Positions 1 through 9,284 of a stretch of DNA of 64,000 nt are shown here, piece by piece. This DNA is from an uncultured Gammaproteobacteria bacterium (GTDB lineage: Bacteria > Patescibacteriota > Microgenomatia > CAYGWK01), in NCBI GenBank assembly GCA_964353785.1, contig CAYGWK010000001.1, positions 26,982-90,981 on the forward strand, in the 5' to 3' direction. A model generated the notes under the pieces. That model did no database searches. It was not told the DNA's origin and saw nothing but the letters and a program-made list of their open reading frames with translations. The position numbers and the translations under genes are program-made. How positions within the stretch are numbered: the first letter of the stretch is position 1; each line of letters opens with the position of its first letter.

Positions 1-12
1 TAAAATAAAATC

Positions 13-1308
13 ATGAATCTTTTTCAGAAAGTGGCTATAAATACTTTGGTTCAAGGACTGGGAAGAGGCGGGGTGATTTTGGCAACGATTGTTACCACCG
101 CTATTTTGACTCGTTCTTTGGGAATTTCTGGTTATGGAAATTATGTTTTTGTAACTTCTTTTATTTTACTTTTTACCTCTATTTCCGATTGGGGAACAGG
201 AATGATTTCAATTCGAGAGGCAGCCAAAGACAAAAAAGAGGAAGAAAAGATTTTTGGCAATGCTTTAGTCTTCCGCTTTATTTTGGCTTTAGTCTCTTTT
301 TTATTAGTTAATTTTCTAATTAGATTTTTACCTCAATTTAAAACTCTTGCTTTGGCAACCACCATTGCCTCAATTTTACTTTTTCTTCACTCGCTTCGGA
401 CTTCCTGTCAGATTATTTTTCAAACCAAACTTCGGTTTGAAAACATTGCCGCAGCGGAGGTAGCGATCAGTTTTTCTTTTTTAATTTTCTTACTTTTGGC
501 TTTAAAATCCTTAACTCTTTATCAAGTTTTGCTTTTTTTAGTTTTTGCCAACTTTTTGGGAACTATCCTGGCATTTTATCTGGCGCAAAGACTGGCTAAA
601 TTTGAATTTTCTCCAGACCCAAAAATTATTAAAAAAATTTTCTTTGAAGCCTTGCCTACCGGTGCTCTTCTCTTGATTTTCTCAGTCTATAACAGGGTGG
701 ATATCATAATTTTGCAAGCCCTAAAAGGTTCAGAGCCAGTTGGGATTTATGGCTTGGCTTACAAGGTTCATGACAATTTAGTTTTGGGGGCAGCTTACCT
801 CGCCAATTCTTTATTTCCAATTCTCTCAAGATGCGCAGATGAGCGCAGATTAGGAAATAGATTAGCCTTGATTTACAAAAAATCTTTTGACGTTCTTTTT
901 TTAGCCGGGATAATCCTAGTGGTTTTGGTTTATATTTTTGCTCCTTTAATCGTAGCTATCGTTGGCGGCCCGCAATTTTTCCAAAGTGTGCTTGTGTTGC
1001 GGATTTTGGTTTTTGCCACTTTTGTTGCCTATTTTAATCATTTGACTGGCTATAGTTTAATTGCCTTAGGTAAACAGAAGGTCTCCTTAATAGTTGCCAT
1101 TATCGCCTTAGTCTGGAACGTTAGTCTTAATTTAATCTTTATTCCCCGATATTCCTATCTGGCGGCCGCCGCCATTACCATTGCCACCGAAGGTTTGGTT
1201 TTAATCTTAACCAGTGTTTATCTTGCTCGGAAATTTAATCTTAAACCGTCTTTTTCTTTTCCAAAAACTTTGGTTGAAATCATTAAAACTCATGGTAAAA
1301 TCTTTTAA
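13..1308 (+). CDS. Wzx-like polysaccharide flippase (MATE/MOP superfamily)
   Basis: 431 aa polytopic membrane protein; 'LTRSLGISGYGNY' and 'RVDIIIL..VGIYGLAYK' are typical flippase motifs. Confidence 0.85.
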   Translation: MNLFQKVAINTLVQGLGRGGVILATIVTTAILTRSLGISGYGNYVFVTSFILLFTSISDWGTGMISIREAAKDKKEEEKIFGNALVFRFILALVSFLLVNFLIRFLPQFKTLALATTIASILLFLHSLRTSCQIIFQTKLRFENIAAAEVAISFSFLIFLLLALKSLTLYQVLLFLVFANFLGTILAFYLAQRLAKFEFSPDPKIIKKIFFEALPTGALLLIFSVYNRVDIIILQALKGSEPVGIYGLAYKVHDNLVLGAAYLANSLFPILSRCADERRLGNRLALIYKKSFDVLFLAGIILVVLVYIFAPLIVAIVGGPQFFQSVLVLRILVFATFVAYFNHLTGYSLIALGKQKVSLIVAIIALVWNVSLNLIFIPRYSYLAAAAITIATEGLVLILTSVYLARKFNLKPSFSFPKTLVEIIKTHGKIF

Positions 1309-1317
1309 CTGTCAGAA

Positions 1318-1746
1318 ATGAAAAAAATTTCAGTTTTTTGTGACGGAGGGGCGAGGAGAAATCCTGGTCCGGCAGCCATCGCTTTTGTGGTTTCGGAAGA
1401 CGGAAAAATTATTTATAAATTTTCCAAAAAAATTGGCCAGACAACCAATAATGTGGCTGAATATCAGGCAGTAATAGAAGCCTTGAAGTGGCTAAAAGCT
1501 AATCAACTAATCAACCAATCAACTAATCAACCAATCAATTTTTATTTAGATTCTCAACTAGTTGTAAATCAACTTAATGGTTTTTTCAAAATTAAAGATG
1601 CTAAACTGCGAGACTTAATAATTAAAGCAAGAATTCTTGAGCAAGAAATTAGTGGAAAAATTTTTTACAATTTGATTTCTCGACGACAGAATAAAATGGC
1701 TGATACTTTAATTAATCAAAGTCTTAACGCGGTTTCACGTTGGTAA
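1318..1746 (+). CDS. rnhA: Ribonuclease HI (short, archaeal/YpdQ-like)
   Basis: Motifs DGGARRNPGPA, TNNVAEY, DSQLVVNQ, N..AD. Confidence 0.9.
   Translation: MKKISVFCDGGARRNPGPAAIAFVVSEDGKIIYKFSKKIGQTTNNVAEYQAVIEALKWLKANQLINQSTNQPINFYLDSQLVVNQLNGFFKIKDAKLRDLIIKARILEQEISGKIFYNLISRRQNKMADTLINQSLNAVSRW
1501..1540 (+). repeat. Octamer tract AATCAACY x5 inside rnhA
   Basis: AATCAACT AATCAACC AATCAACT AATCAACC AATCAATT, encoding NQLINQSTNQPIN. Confidence 0.95.
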
Positions 1747-1753
1747 ACTTATA

Positions 1754-3670
1754 ATGTTTAAATCGGCAGATTTTCAAGAACCAGAAGATCTTTTTCACAG
1801 GGCAGAAAAAATTTTTCAAGAAGAAAAACCAAAACCAGAAAAGAAAAATTTTACTCTTCTTTTTGCTATTTTACTTATTCTTTTAATCTCTTCGCCATTG
1901 ATTTTTTTGGGCATAAATTTTTCGCTTTCAGCTTTTCGGATTAAACAAATCCAAAAATCAGTTCAAACTTTTGATTTAGTAAGAATGAGGAGTCAGGCAA
2001 AAAGCCTGGAGAAAAGTCTTGGCCGAGATATTAATTTTTTGGAGGTTTCAAATTCCCTCTTGGGCATTTTAGGATTTCAGGAAGAATTCTTGAGAATTCA
2101 AAACCTTCTTCTTTTTGGAAAAATAACTTCCGAGAGTCTTTATGAGCTGGCAGAAGTATCTTTAGGGGGAGAAAAAATTTTAAAGAAAGTTCTATCTGGC
2201 GAAGAAATCAGTCTTGAGGAAGATTTATTGGAGGCAAGCCTCGGAATTGATAAGGTCTATGAAAAAACCTCTTATGCCCAAGGGTTTTTGGACGAATTTT
2301 CAGGAAAAGAACCTCTGATTGGTCCTTATCTTTTAAAGGCTAAGAAAAGTTTGCCGAACTTCAGAAAAAATTTAATTATTGCCAGGGAAGTAGTTGATAT
2401 TATCCCCCAAGCCTTAGGAACGAAAGAAAGGAAAACTTATTTAGTTCTTTTTCAAAATAATATGGAAATTCGCCCCACTGGAGGCTTTATTGGCTCTTTT
2501 GGGCTTTTGACCTTTGAAAGGGGTCGCCTTTTGGATTTTGAAATTCAAGATGTTTACTTTGCCGATGGGCAACTCAAAGGTCACGTTGAACCACCAGCAA
2601 AACTTAAAGAATTTTTAGGTCAAGCCGGTTGGTATCTGCGAGATTCAAACTGGGATCCAGATTTTCCTGCTTCGGCCGAGCGAGCCGCCTGGTTTCTCGA
2701 TAAAGAAATCTCAAGACAAGTTGATGGGGTGATTGGAATTAATTTGACCGTGGCTCAAAGAATCTTGGAGAGCATTGGCGAGATAGAGCTTCCAGATTAT
2801 CCAGAGAAAATTTCGGCAAAGAATTTTTTTGAGAGGGCTGAGTATTTTTCTGAAGCAGGATTTTTTCCGGGCTCAACTGGTAAACAAGATTTCTTAGGTC
2901 AGGTTGGAAGAGTTCTTTTTGAAAAAATTAAAAACTCTGATGAAAAAACCTCATTTTTAATTGCCCGCGCCTTTTTGGCTTCTCTTGAAGAAAAAGACAT
3001 GACAATCTTTTTGAAAGATCCCCTAGAAGCTTCTGTTTTAGCAAAATTTAATTGGGACGGAGGGATAAAAAATGTCAAATGTTCCGCCACAGGCGGATCA
3101 AATGTCAAATGTTTGACAGATTACTTGTTTTTGGTTGAAGCAAATGTGGGAGTGAATAAGAGCAATTACTTTTTGAAGAGAAGTCTAGAACAAACGGTTA
3201 AGATCGGAGAAGACGGAAAAGTAAGCGAACGCCTAATTATAAATTACGAAAATCAAAGCCCATCAGAAGTTTTTCCGGCTGGAAGATATAAAAATTATTT
3301 GCGAATATATGTCCCAAAGGGAAGCACGCTTGGGGAATGTAAAATTGGAAATGAAGAATGCAAAATTGACCAAACTGAGGAGCATCAAAGAACTGTTTTT
3401 GGTTTTTTGGTTGAAGTGCCGGTTGGAGAAAAGAAAAAAGTTGAGATTTCCTGGGGTTTACCAAACTTGTTTGAGAAAGGCGAGTATGTTTTGCTTTTTC
3501 AAAAACAATCAGGAAGCGCAAGAGACAATCTTAGTTTATCAGTTTCTTATCCAGGAAATCTTTTCTTGATGGAAACCCAGCCCTCTGCCTTGACGGGGCA
3601 AGGTTTAATCATTTATAATACAACCTTGTCTCGAGACTTAGTATTTAGACTAAATTTTTTAAAAAAGTAA
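1754..3670 (+). CDS. DUF4012-domain membrane-anchored protein
   Basis: N-terminal TM helix; YLVLFQNNMEIRPTGGFIGS and RDSNWDPDFP motifs. Confidence 0.85.
   Translation: MFKSADFQEPEDLFHRAEKIFQEEKPKPEKKNFTLLFAILLILLISSPLIFLGINFSLSAFRIKQIQKSVQTFDLVRMRSQAKSLEKSLGRDINFLEVSNSLLGILGFQEEFLRIQNLLLFGKITSESLYELAEVSLGGEKILKKVLSGEEISLEEDLLEASLGIDKVYEKTSYAQGFLDEFSGKEPLIGPYLLKAKKSLPNFRKNLIIAREVVDIIPQALGTKERKTYLVLFQNNMEIRPTGGFIGSFGLLTFERGRLLDFEIQDVYFADGQLKGHVEPPAKLKEFLGQAGWYLRDSNWDPDFPASAERAAWFLDKEISRQVDGVIGINLTVAQRILESIGEIELPDYPEKISAKNFFERAEYFSEAGFFPGSTGKQDFLGQVGRVLFEKIKNSDEKTSFLIARAFLASLEEKDMTIFLKDPLEASVLAKFNWDGGIKNVKCSATGGSNVKCLTDYLFLVEANVGVNKSNYFLKRSLEQTVKIGEDGKVSERLIINYENQSPSEVFPAGRYKNYLRIYVPKGSTLGECKIGNEECKIDQTEEHQRTVFGFLVEVPVGEKKKVEISWGLPNLFEKGEYVLLFQKQSGSARDNLSLSVSYPGNLFLMETQPSALTGQGLIIYNTTLSRDLVFRLNFLKK
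3070..3113. repeat. Hairpin TCCGCC-ACA-GGCGGA flanked by a duplicated AAATGTCAAATGTT, an in-frame 30-bp unit
   Basis: Direct repeat at 3070-3083 and 3100-3113; protein reads NVKC-SATGGS-NVKC. Confidence 0.85.
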
Positions 3671-4405
3671 ATGGCAAATCCAAAACTTGAAGCCTCAAAA
3701 AGAAAAACGCTTGGAAGAAAGGTAAAAAAACTTCGAAGAGAAGGAATTTTACCCGCCAATTTATATGGAAAAAAGATAAAATCGCAATCACTTCAGATTT
3801 CTCTAAAAGACTTTCAAAAAATTTATCAAGAGACAGGAGAAACAGGACTTCTTGACTTAAAAATTGACTCAGAAACCCGGCCAGTTCTAATCCACAACGT
3901 TCAACTTCACCCAGTTTCAGGGGAGCCACTTCACGCTGATTTTCGCCAGGTTTCCTTGACGGAAAAAACTGTGGCCACTGTTCCAATTGAAATTTCCGGA
4001 GAATCTCCGGCGATTGAGCAGGGAATTGGGGTTTTGATTCAGCCGATTTCCGAAATTGAGGTTGAGGCCCTGCCGCAGGATTTGCCTGAGCATTTGCTAG
4101 TTGATATTTCAAAGTTGGCTCAGGTTGATGATCAGGTGGCTGTCTCTGATATTCAAATTGATAGAAAAAAGATTGAAATAAAAGCCGACCTTGGGGCAAT
4201 TGTTGCCAAAATTGGACGTTTAGAGAAAGAAGAAGTTGCTCCTCCACCACCGGTTGAAGAGGCAGTGCCAGCCGAAGGTGAAGTCCCAGCCGAAGAAGCC
4301 GCTCCAGCGCCTGAAGGTGCTCCAGTTGAAGAGGAAGCCAAAAAACCACCCGAGGAAGAAAAACCTGGTAAACCAGAGGGTAAACCAAAAGAAGAGAAAA
4401 AGTAA
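3671..4405 (+). CDS. rplY: 50S ribosomal protein bL25/Ctc
   Basis: LRREGILPANLYG and QLHPV..PLHADF motifs, acidic tail. Confidence 0.95.
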   Translation: MANPKLEASKRKTLGRKVKKLRREGILPANLYGKKIKSQSLQISLKDFQKIYQETGETGLLDLKIDSETRPVLIHNVQLHPVSGEPLHADFRQVSLTEKTVATVPIEISGESPAIEQGIGVLIQPISEIEVEALPQDLPEHLLVDISKLAQVDDQVAVSDIQIDRKKIEIKADLGAIVAKIGRLEKEEVAPPPPVEEAVPAEGEVPAEEAAPAPEGAPVEEEAKKPPEEEKPGKPEGKPKEEKK

Positions 4406-4424
4406 ATTTGCTATAATTAAACCA

Positions 4425-5405
4425 ATGGAAGAAAAACCTGCCGAATTACCAATTAGTCCGCAAGAAGTTCAAATTCAGCCCCCGAATTTACTGGATAAAA
4501 TTAAAACTCATAAATTTAAGATTTTAGGTGGGGTTTTGGGAGTTTTGGTTTTTGTCGGAGCAGTTTTCGGGGCTTATAAACTCGGACAAAGACAAGTTTG
4601 GGTAGGTCCTCAACCAACACCTACACCAATAGTAGTTGCTACTCCAACTCCCGATTTAACCGCAAACTGGAAGACTTATAAAAACGAAGAAGCAGGAATC
4701 TCTTTTAAATATCCTAATGATTGGACCGCAGAGCCTTTTAATGTTTCTGGATACGCTGCTTATCACGGAATTGCCAATTTAAAAATTAAAGGACGAGAAT
4801 ATGGCCCCGAGCCAGGCACAGTTTGGATAACTTACTGGGACAACCCAGACAATTTAGATCTCAAAGAATTTGAACAAAAATACACCGGCGCAAGTGGCAA
4901 GGGACCCGGATTGTATTACATTGAAGCAGAGAAAAGCACAATCTCGGGGGTCGCTAGTTATTATACGGAAAAAGCAGACTGCGAACCAGTGTTTTGTAGC
5001 AAATATATTGTTTCTTATAAAAATAAAATCTATGATGTTGCCATCTCTGGATCGGCCTCAATAGAAGAGGGGCAGATTGTTAACCTTATCCTCTCAACTT
5101 TTAAGTTTTTGGAGGAGTCTGCTTATAAATGCGTTGAGGAAAGTTCGCTAAATTGCGCCGAGGAGAAAGAATTATCTTTCCAATGTACTGAAGAATATCA
5201 AACTTGGGCCAGAGAAAATTGTCCGGGCTGGGAAGAAAAAGTTTATTGTCAAGACCCCAGACCCGAAGTTTGTACGATGGAATGTATTGTTAACCCTCCC
5301 TATATTTGTGGTTCAGATGGAAAATCTTATTGTAACGTCTGTGGAGCCTGCGCCGACCTGAAAGTTGACTGGTATGTGATTCAGGATAAGCCTTGCGGAA
5401 CCTGA
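4425..5405 (+). CDS. Membrane-anchored exported protein with PsbP-like region and C-terminal Kazal-like Cys motif
   Basis: Likely start ATG 4425 (TATAAT 7 nt upstream); TM helix, PT linker, WKTY..FKYP.DW, CGSDGKSYCNVC. Confidence 0.6.
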   Translation: MEEKPAELPISPQEVQIQPPNLLDKIKTHKFKILGGVLGVLVFVGAVFGAYKLGQRQVWVGPQPTPTPIVVATPTPDLTANWKTYKNEEAGISFKYPNDWTAEPFNVSGYAAYHGIANLKIKGREYGPEPGTVWITYWDNPDNLDLKEFEQKYTGASGKGPGLYYIEAEKSTISGVASYYTEKADCEPVFCSKYIVSYKNKIYDVAISGSASIEEGQIVNLILSTFKFLEESAYKCVEESSLNCAEEKELSFQCTEEYQTWARENCPGWEEKVYCQDPRPEVCTMECIVNPPYICGSDGKSYCNVCGACADLKVDWYVIQDKPCGT

Positions 5406-5406
5406 G

Positions 5407-5991
5407 CTACTTTATAATCTCTTCTAACTCTCTCGTTTCCTCGTAATTTGGGTCAAGCTCGAGAGCTTTTTGAAGGTTTTCTTGGGCTTTTTGGCGATTT
5501 CCTAATTTAAAATAATAAAGCGCCAAATGAAGATAGCCGTCGCGGTAGGTTGGAGTTTCCGAAACGACCCTTTCCCATTTTTCAACTAATTTTTGAAGTT
5601 CTTGGGGGTTTTCTTCTTGATATCTAAGCCAAAGCTCCTCAAACCAGGAGGTGGCGCCTAAAACAGATAGTTCATGGTTGATGGTTAATGATTGAGCGAT
5701 AGTTAACTCTTTTTCTGCTTCTTTAATTTGATTATTTTTCAAAAACTCTTCTGCCAAAATTAAATGGGCCTCAAAATCATTTGGGTTTTTCAAAACCCTT
5801 TCTCGAGCCATTTGAAATTTATCTTTAGGAAGAAAGAAAGAATAAAAAGTGATTAATAAAAGAAGAGCCACCCCAGCCGGCGCCCCCCACTTTTTGGCAG
5901 AACGATAAGCCTGACGTTCTCGCAGAGTTCGGATTTTTTGAATTTTGTTTTCAAACCAAGGCTTAAAACCTAAATTTTTCTTTTTGGCCAT
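5407..5991 (-). CDS. Membrane-anchored TPR protein
   Basis: TM helix plus TPR motifs (LALYYFKLG..AQENLQKALELDP). Confidence 0.8.
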   Translation of the reverse strand: MAKKKNLGFKPWFENKIQKIRTLRERQAYRSAKKWGAPAGVALLLLITFYSFFLPKDKFQMARERVLKNPNDFEAHLILAEEFLKNNQIKEAEKELTIAQSLTINHELSVLGATSWFEELWLRYQEENPQELQKLVEKWERVVSETPTYRDGYLHLALYYFKLGNRQKAQENLQKALELDPNYEETRELEEIIK

Positions 5992-8177
5992 TTTGCAGAA
6001 ATTAAAAGACCCTTTTTTCCGGGCAATTTTTGGTAAATTTCTTCAGTAATAAAGGGCATAAAGGGATGTAACAGTTTAAGACTTGTGTCTAAGACCTGAA
6101 GTAAAATTGGTTGGGCTTCATTTCTTCTGGTTTTACTTGCCTCAATATATTTATCGCAAAACTTATGCCAGAAAAATTCATAAAGCTCTTCGGCTGCCTG
6201 ACCTAGTCTGAATTTTTCAATGTCATCAGTTACAGATTTTGCTGTTTTACCTAATTCCTCAAGAATCCAGCTATCGTCGGGATTAAGCGTTGATTTCCAC
6301 TGATGACCAGACTGATTTTCGCCGATTTGATCAGTGTTAATCCGTTTTGAATCTGCGGGAATCTGCGTAAAAACGAAGCGAGCCGCGTTCCAGATTTTAT
6401 TGCAAAAATTTCTCATCGCTTCTATTTTTTCTTCAGACAAAGCCAGGTCTTTGCCTGGGGTTGAGCCAAAAACCAGAGCCATCCGCAAAGCGTCAGTGCC
6501 ATAAACTTTTATGACATCCAAAGGATCAATAACATTGCCTTTACTTTTTGACATTTTTTGACCAAAAGCATCCCGAACCAAACCATGAAGAAAAACAATT
6601 TCAAAAGGAACTTTTTTTGTTCGATAAAGGCCAAGCATAATCATTCTGGCGACCCAGAAAAATAAAATCTCATAACCTGTTTCCATCACCGAAGTGGGGT
6701 AAAAGTATTTATAATCAGAAGAATCAGGAAAACCCAAGGTGGTAAAAGGCCATTGACCAGAGGAGAACCAGGCATCTAGCGTATCCGGGTCTTGAATTAA
6801 TTTTTTATTTTTGCATTTTGGACACTGCCTTGGTTTTTTAACTGAAGCAATAATTTCTCCACAGCCTAGTTCCTCAATTTTTGCCAAATCTGGGTTCATT
6901 AATTTTTGCAAAGTTGATAAATTTTCTGCCCCGCAGTACCAAATGGGAATTTGGTGGCCCCACCAAAGTTGGCGAGAGATACACCAATCGCGGATATCTT
7001 TCATCCACAAAAAATAATTTTTTTCAAATCTCGAAGGGATAATTTTGATTTTTTTACTTTTAACCATAAAGGCTGCTTTTCGGGCAAGGGGTTTGGTTTT
7101 GACAAACCACTGTAAAGAAACTTGAGGTTCACTCACGGTTTTGCATCTTTCACAATGTCCAACCGAATGAGTATAATCTTCGATTTTTTCAAGCAAACCT
7201 TTAGCCTCTAAGTCTTGGATGATTTTTTCTCTGGCTTTCAAAACCTCAAGCCCAGCATATTTTCCTCCCTTTTGGGTCATTTTATTATCAAAACCAATAA
7301 CCTGGACTGCCGGAAGTTTATTTTTTTGGCCAATTTCAAAATCGGCTGGATCATGGGCCGGGGTGACTTTAACCGCTCCTGAACCAAATTCAGGGTCAAC
7401 GCTTTTGTCAGCCACAATGGGAATTTCTCGATGCATTAAAGGCAAGGCTACAGTTTTACCAATCACCTCTTTATATCTTTTGTCCTTTGGGTTAACCGCC
7501 ACGGCTGTGTCCCCAAGCATGGTTTCGGGTCTTGAAGTGGCGACGGTGATAAATTTATCCTCGTTTTTGAAGACATAGCGAATAAACCAAAGCTTAGTTT
7601 TTTCTTCTTTGTGTTCAATCTCTAAATCTGATAAAGCGGTTTGACAGCGGGGACACCAGTTTATGATTCTTTCTGAGCGAAAAATCAAATCCTTTTGATA
7701 CATTTTGACAAAGGTTTCAAGAACAACCTCTGAAATTTTTGGGTCTAAGGTGAATTTTTCTCGTTGCCAATCACAAGAAGCGCCTAAGGCCTTCATCTGG
7801 TCGTACATTGTTTGTTTATTAGAAAGAGTAAATTTAAGAATTTCCTCATAAAACTTTTCTCTCCCTAAATCAAATCTTGTTTTTCCTTCTTCGGCTAGTT
7901 TTTTCTCAAAAACAACCTGGGTCAAAATTCCGGCGTGGTCGGCTCCGGGAAGCCACAAAGTAGGTTCGTCAAGCATGCGGTGAAAGCGAACGAGTAAATC
8001 TTGAATGGCGACAAATCTGGCGTGACCAATATGAAGGGGAGCGTTGGCATTGGGCGGAGGCATGATGATAGAAAAAGGCTTTTTGCCAATTTTTATTTTT
8101 GGAGAAAAAGCCCTGGACTCTTCCCACATTTGATAGATTTTTTTCTCCACTTTTTGCGGCTGGTAAACTTTTTCCAT
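5970..8177 (-). CDS. valS: Valine--tRNA ligase (short form lacking the C-terminal coiled-coil arm)
   Basis: PPPN..LHIGH, DWCISRQLWWGH and KMSKS motifs. Confidence 0.97.
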   Translation of the reverse strand: MEKVYQPQKVEKKIYQMWEESRAFSPKIKIGKKPFSIIMPPPNANAPLHIGHARFVAIQDLLVRFHRMLDEPTLWLPGADHAGILTQVVFEKKLAEEGKTRFDLGREKFYEEILKFTLSNKQTMYDQMKALGASCDWQREKFTLDPKISEVVLETFVKMYQKDLIFRSERIINWCPRCQTALSDLEIEHKEEKTKLWFIRYVFKNEDKFITVATSRPETMLGDTAVAVNPKDKRYKEVIGKTVALPLMHREIPIVADKSVDPEFGSGAVKVTPAHDPADFEIGQKNKLPAVQVIGFDNKMTQKGGKYAGLEVLKAREKIIQDLEAKGLLEKIEDYTHSVGHCERCKTVSEPQVSLQWFVKTKPLARKAAFMVKSKKIKIIPSRFEKNYFLWMKDIRDWCISRQLWWGHQIPIWYCGAENLSTLQKLMNPDLAKIEELGCGEIIASVKKPRQCPKCKNKKLIQDPDTLDAWFSSGQWPFTTLGFPDSSDYKYFYPTSVMETGYEILFFWVARMIMLGLYRTKKVPFEIVFLHGLVRDAFGQKMSKSKGNVIDPLDVIKVYGTDALRMALVFGSTPGKDLALSEEKIEAMRNFCNKIWNAARFVFTQIPADSKRINTDQIGENQSGHQWKSTLNPDDSWILEELGKTAKSVTDDIEKFRLGQAAEELYEFFWHKFCDKYIEASKTRRNEAQPILLQVLDTSLKLLHPFMPFITEEIYQKLPGKKGLLISAKWPKRKI

Positions 8178-8186
8178 TGAGGATAA

Positions 8187-9284
8187 TTATACTTCACCAG
8201 TAATTGTCAGTCCAGGCTCAACTTTAATTTTCTGCTCCGCCAAAGGCGGACAGGCAATAATTGGTTTGAAGTTGAAATAAGCAAAAGAAGAAACGTAGGC
8301 AGCATTATCAGTACAGAGCGCAGGAGCGGGTATGAATAATTGATAATTAGATGATTGGATAATTAGATGATTGGATAATTTTTCTCTTAATCTCTTATTT
8401 GCCGCCACCCCACCAGCTAAAAGAATTGATTTGACCTTATATTTTTCCGCTGCCCGGATGGTTCTTTCCACCAAAACATCGGTAATTGCCTCCTGGATCT
8501 CAAAAGATAATTGTTGAATGGTTAAATGGTTAAATTGTTGATTGGTTTTTAAACTTTGAACCTCGCGAATAACGGCTGTCTTAAGGCCTGAAAAAGAAAA
8601 GTCAAAATTTTCCTCCTCAATCATCGGCCTGGGAAGACTAATTCCTAATTCCTGATTCCTGTTTCCTAACCTTACTGCCGCAGCAGCAATCGCTGGTCCT
8701 CCTGGATACCCTAGCCCTAAAACCCGAGCGCATTTATCAAAACATTCACCCGAAGCATCATCTCTTGTTCCTCCGAGCCAGCGAAGTTTACCCCGACCTT
8801 TGGAGGGGTGATTTTTCATTAAAACCAAATCAGTATGGCCGCCGGAAACAACTAAGGCGATGGCGGGAAATTCCGGTTTTGATTCCAACCAATTCGCATA
8901 AATATGAGCCACCAAATGATTAACGGGTATGATTGGTTTTTTCCAAACAAGGCTTAGGGTTTTAGCGGTTTCAACTCCAACCAAAAGCGAACCGATGAGT
9001 CCGGGACCGATGGTGACGGCGATGGCGTCAATGTCATCGTGATACGTGATACGAGACACGTGAGACGTTTTACGTATTGCGTTTTGCGTATCACGTATTG
9101 CCTCCTTAATTACCGGAATTATGCAGCGGATTTGCTCCCGAGCTGCCACCTCCGGAATAATCCCCCCAGTTTTTTTATGAAGTTCAACCGAAGAGGCGAT
9201 GACATTGGATAAAATCTTTGTCCCATCCTCTACGACTGCCGCCGCCGTCTCATCACAGGAGGTTTCAATTCCTAAAATTCTCAT
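8187..9284 (-). CDS. tsaD: tRNA t6A threonylcarbamoyltransferase TsaD
   Basis: GIETSCDET, SGGHT, FSFSGLKT, GGVAAN and CTDNA motifs. Confidence 0.97.
   Translation of the reverse strand: MRILGIETSCDETAAAVVEDGTKILSNVIASSVELHKKTGGIIPEVAAREQIRCIIPVIKEAIRDTQNAIRKTSHVSRITYHDDIDAIAVTIGPGLIGSLLVGVETAKTLSLVWKKPIIPVNHLVAHIYANWLESKPEFPAIALVVSGGHTDLVLMKNHPSKGRGKLRWLGGTRDDASGECFDKCARVLGLGYPGGPAIAAAAVRLGNRNQELGISLPRPMIEEENFDFSFSGLKTAVIREVQSLKTNQQFNHLTIQQLSFEIQEAITDVLVERTIRAAEKYKVKSILLAGGVAANKRLREKLSNHLIIQSSNYQLFIPAPALCTDNAAYVSSFAYFNFKPIIACPPLAEQKIKVEPGLTITGEV
8342..8380 (-). repeat. 16-bp (2x8) tandem tract in tsaD
   Basis: GATAATTAGATGATTG x2.4; 8354-8380 is the reverse complement of 40993-41019. Confidence 0.95.
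9038..9100. repeat. Nine CG-initiated heptamers (63 bp, in frame) in tsaD, with inverted halves
   Basis: CGTGATA CGTGATA CGAGACA CGTGAGA CGTTTTA CGTATTG CGTTTTG CGTATCA CGTATTG. Confidence 0.9.

Noticed and set aside
3645-4388. Long antisense ORF over rplY and other shadow ORFs in the track
   Set aside because: They overlap well-supported genes on the other strand or frame and have no recognisable motifs.
5970-8177. valS (and metG) as truncated pseudogenes
   Set aside because: Catalytic and anticodon-binding motifs are intact, and short forms are usual in reduced genomes.
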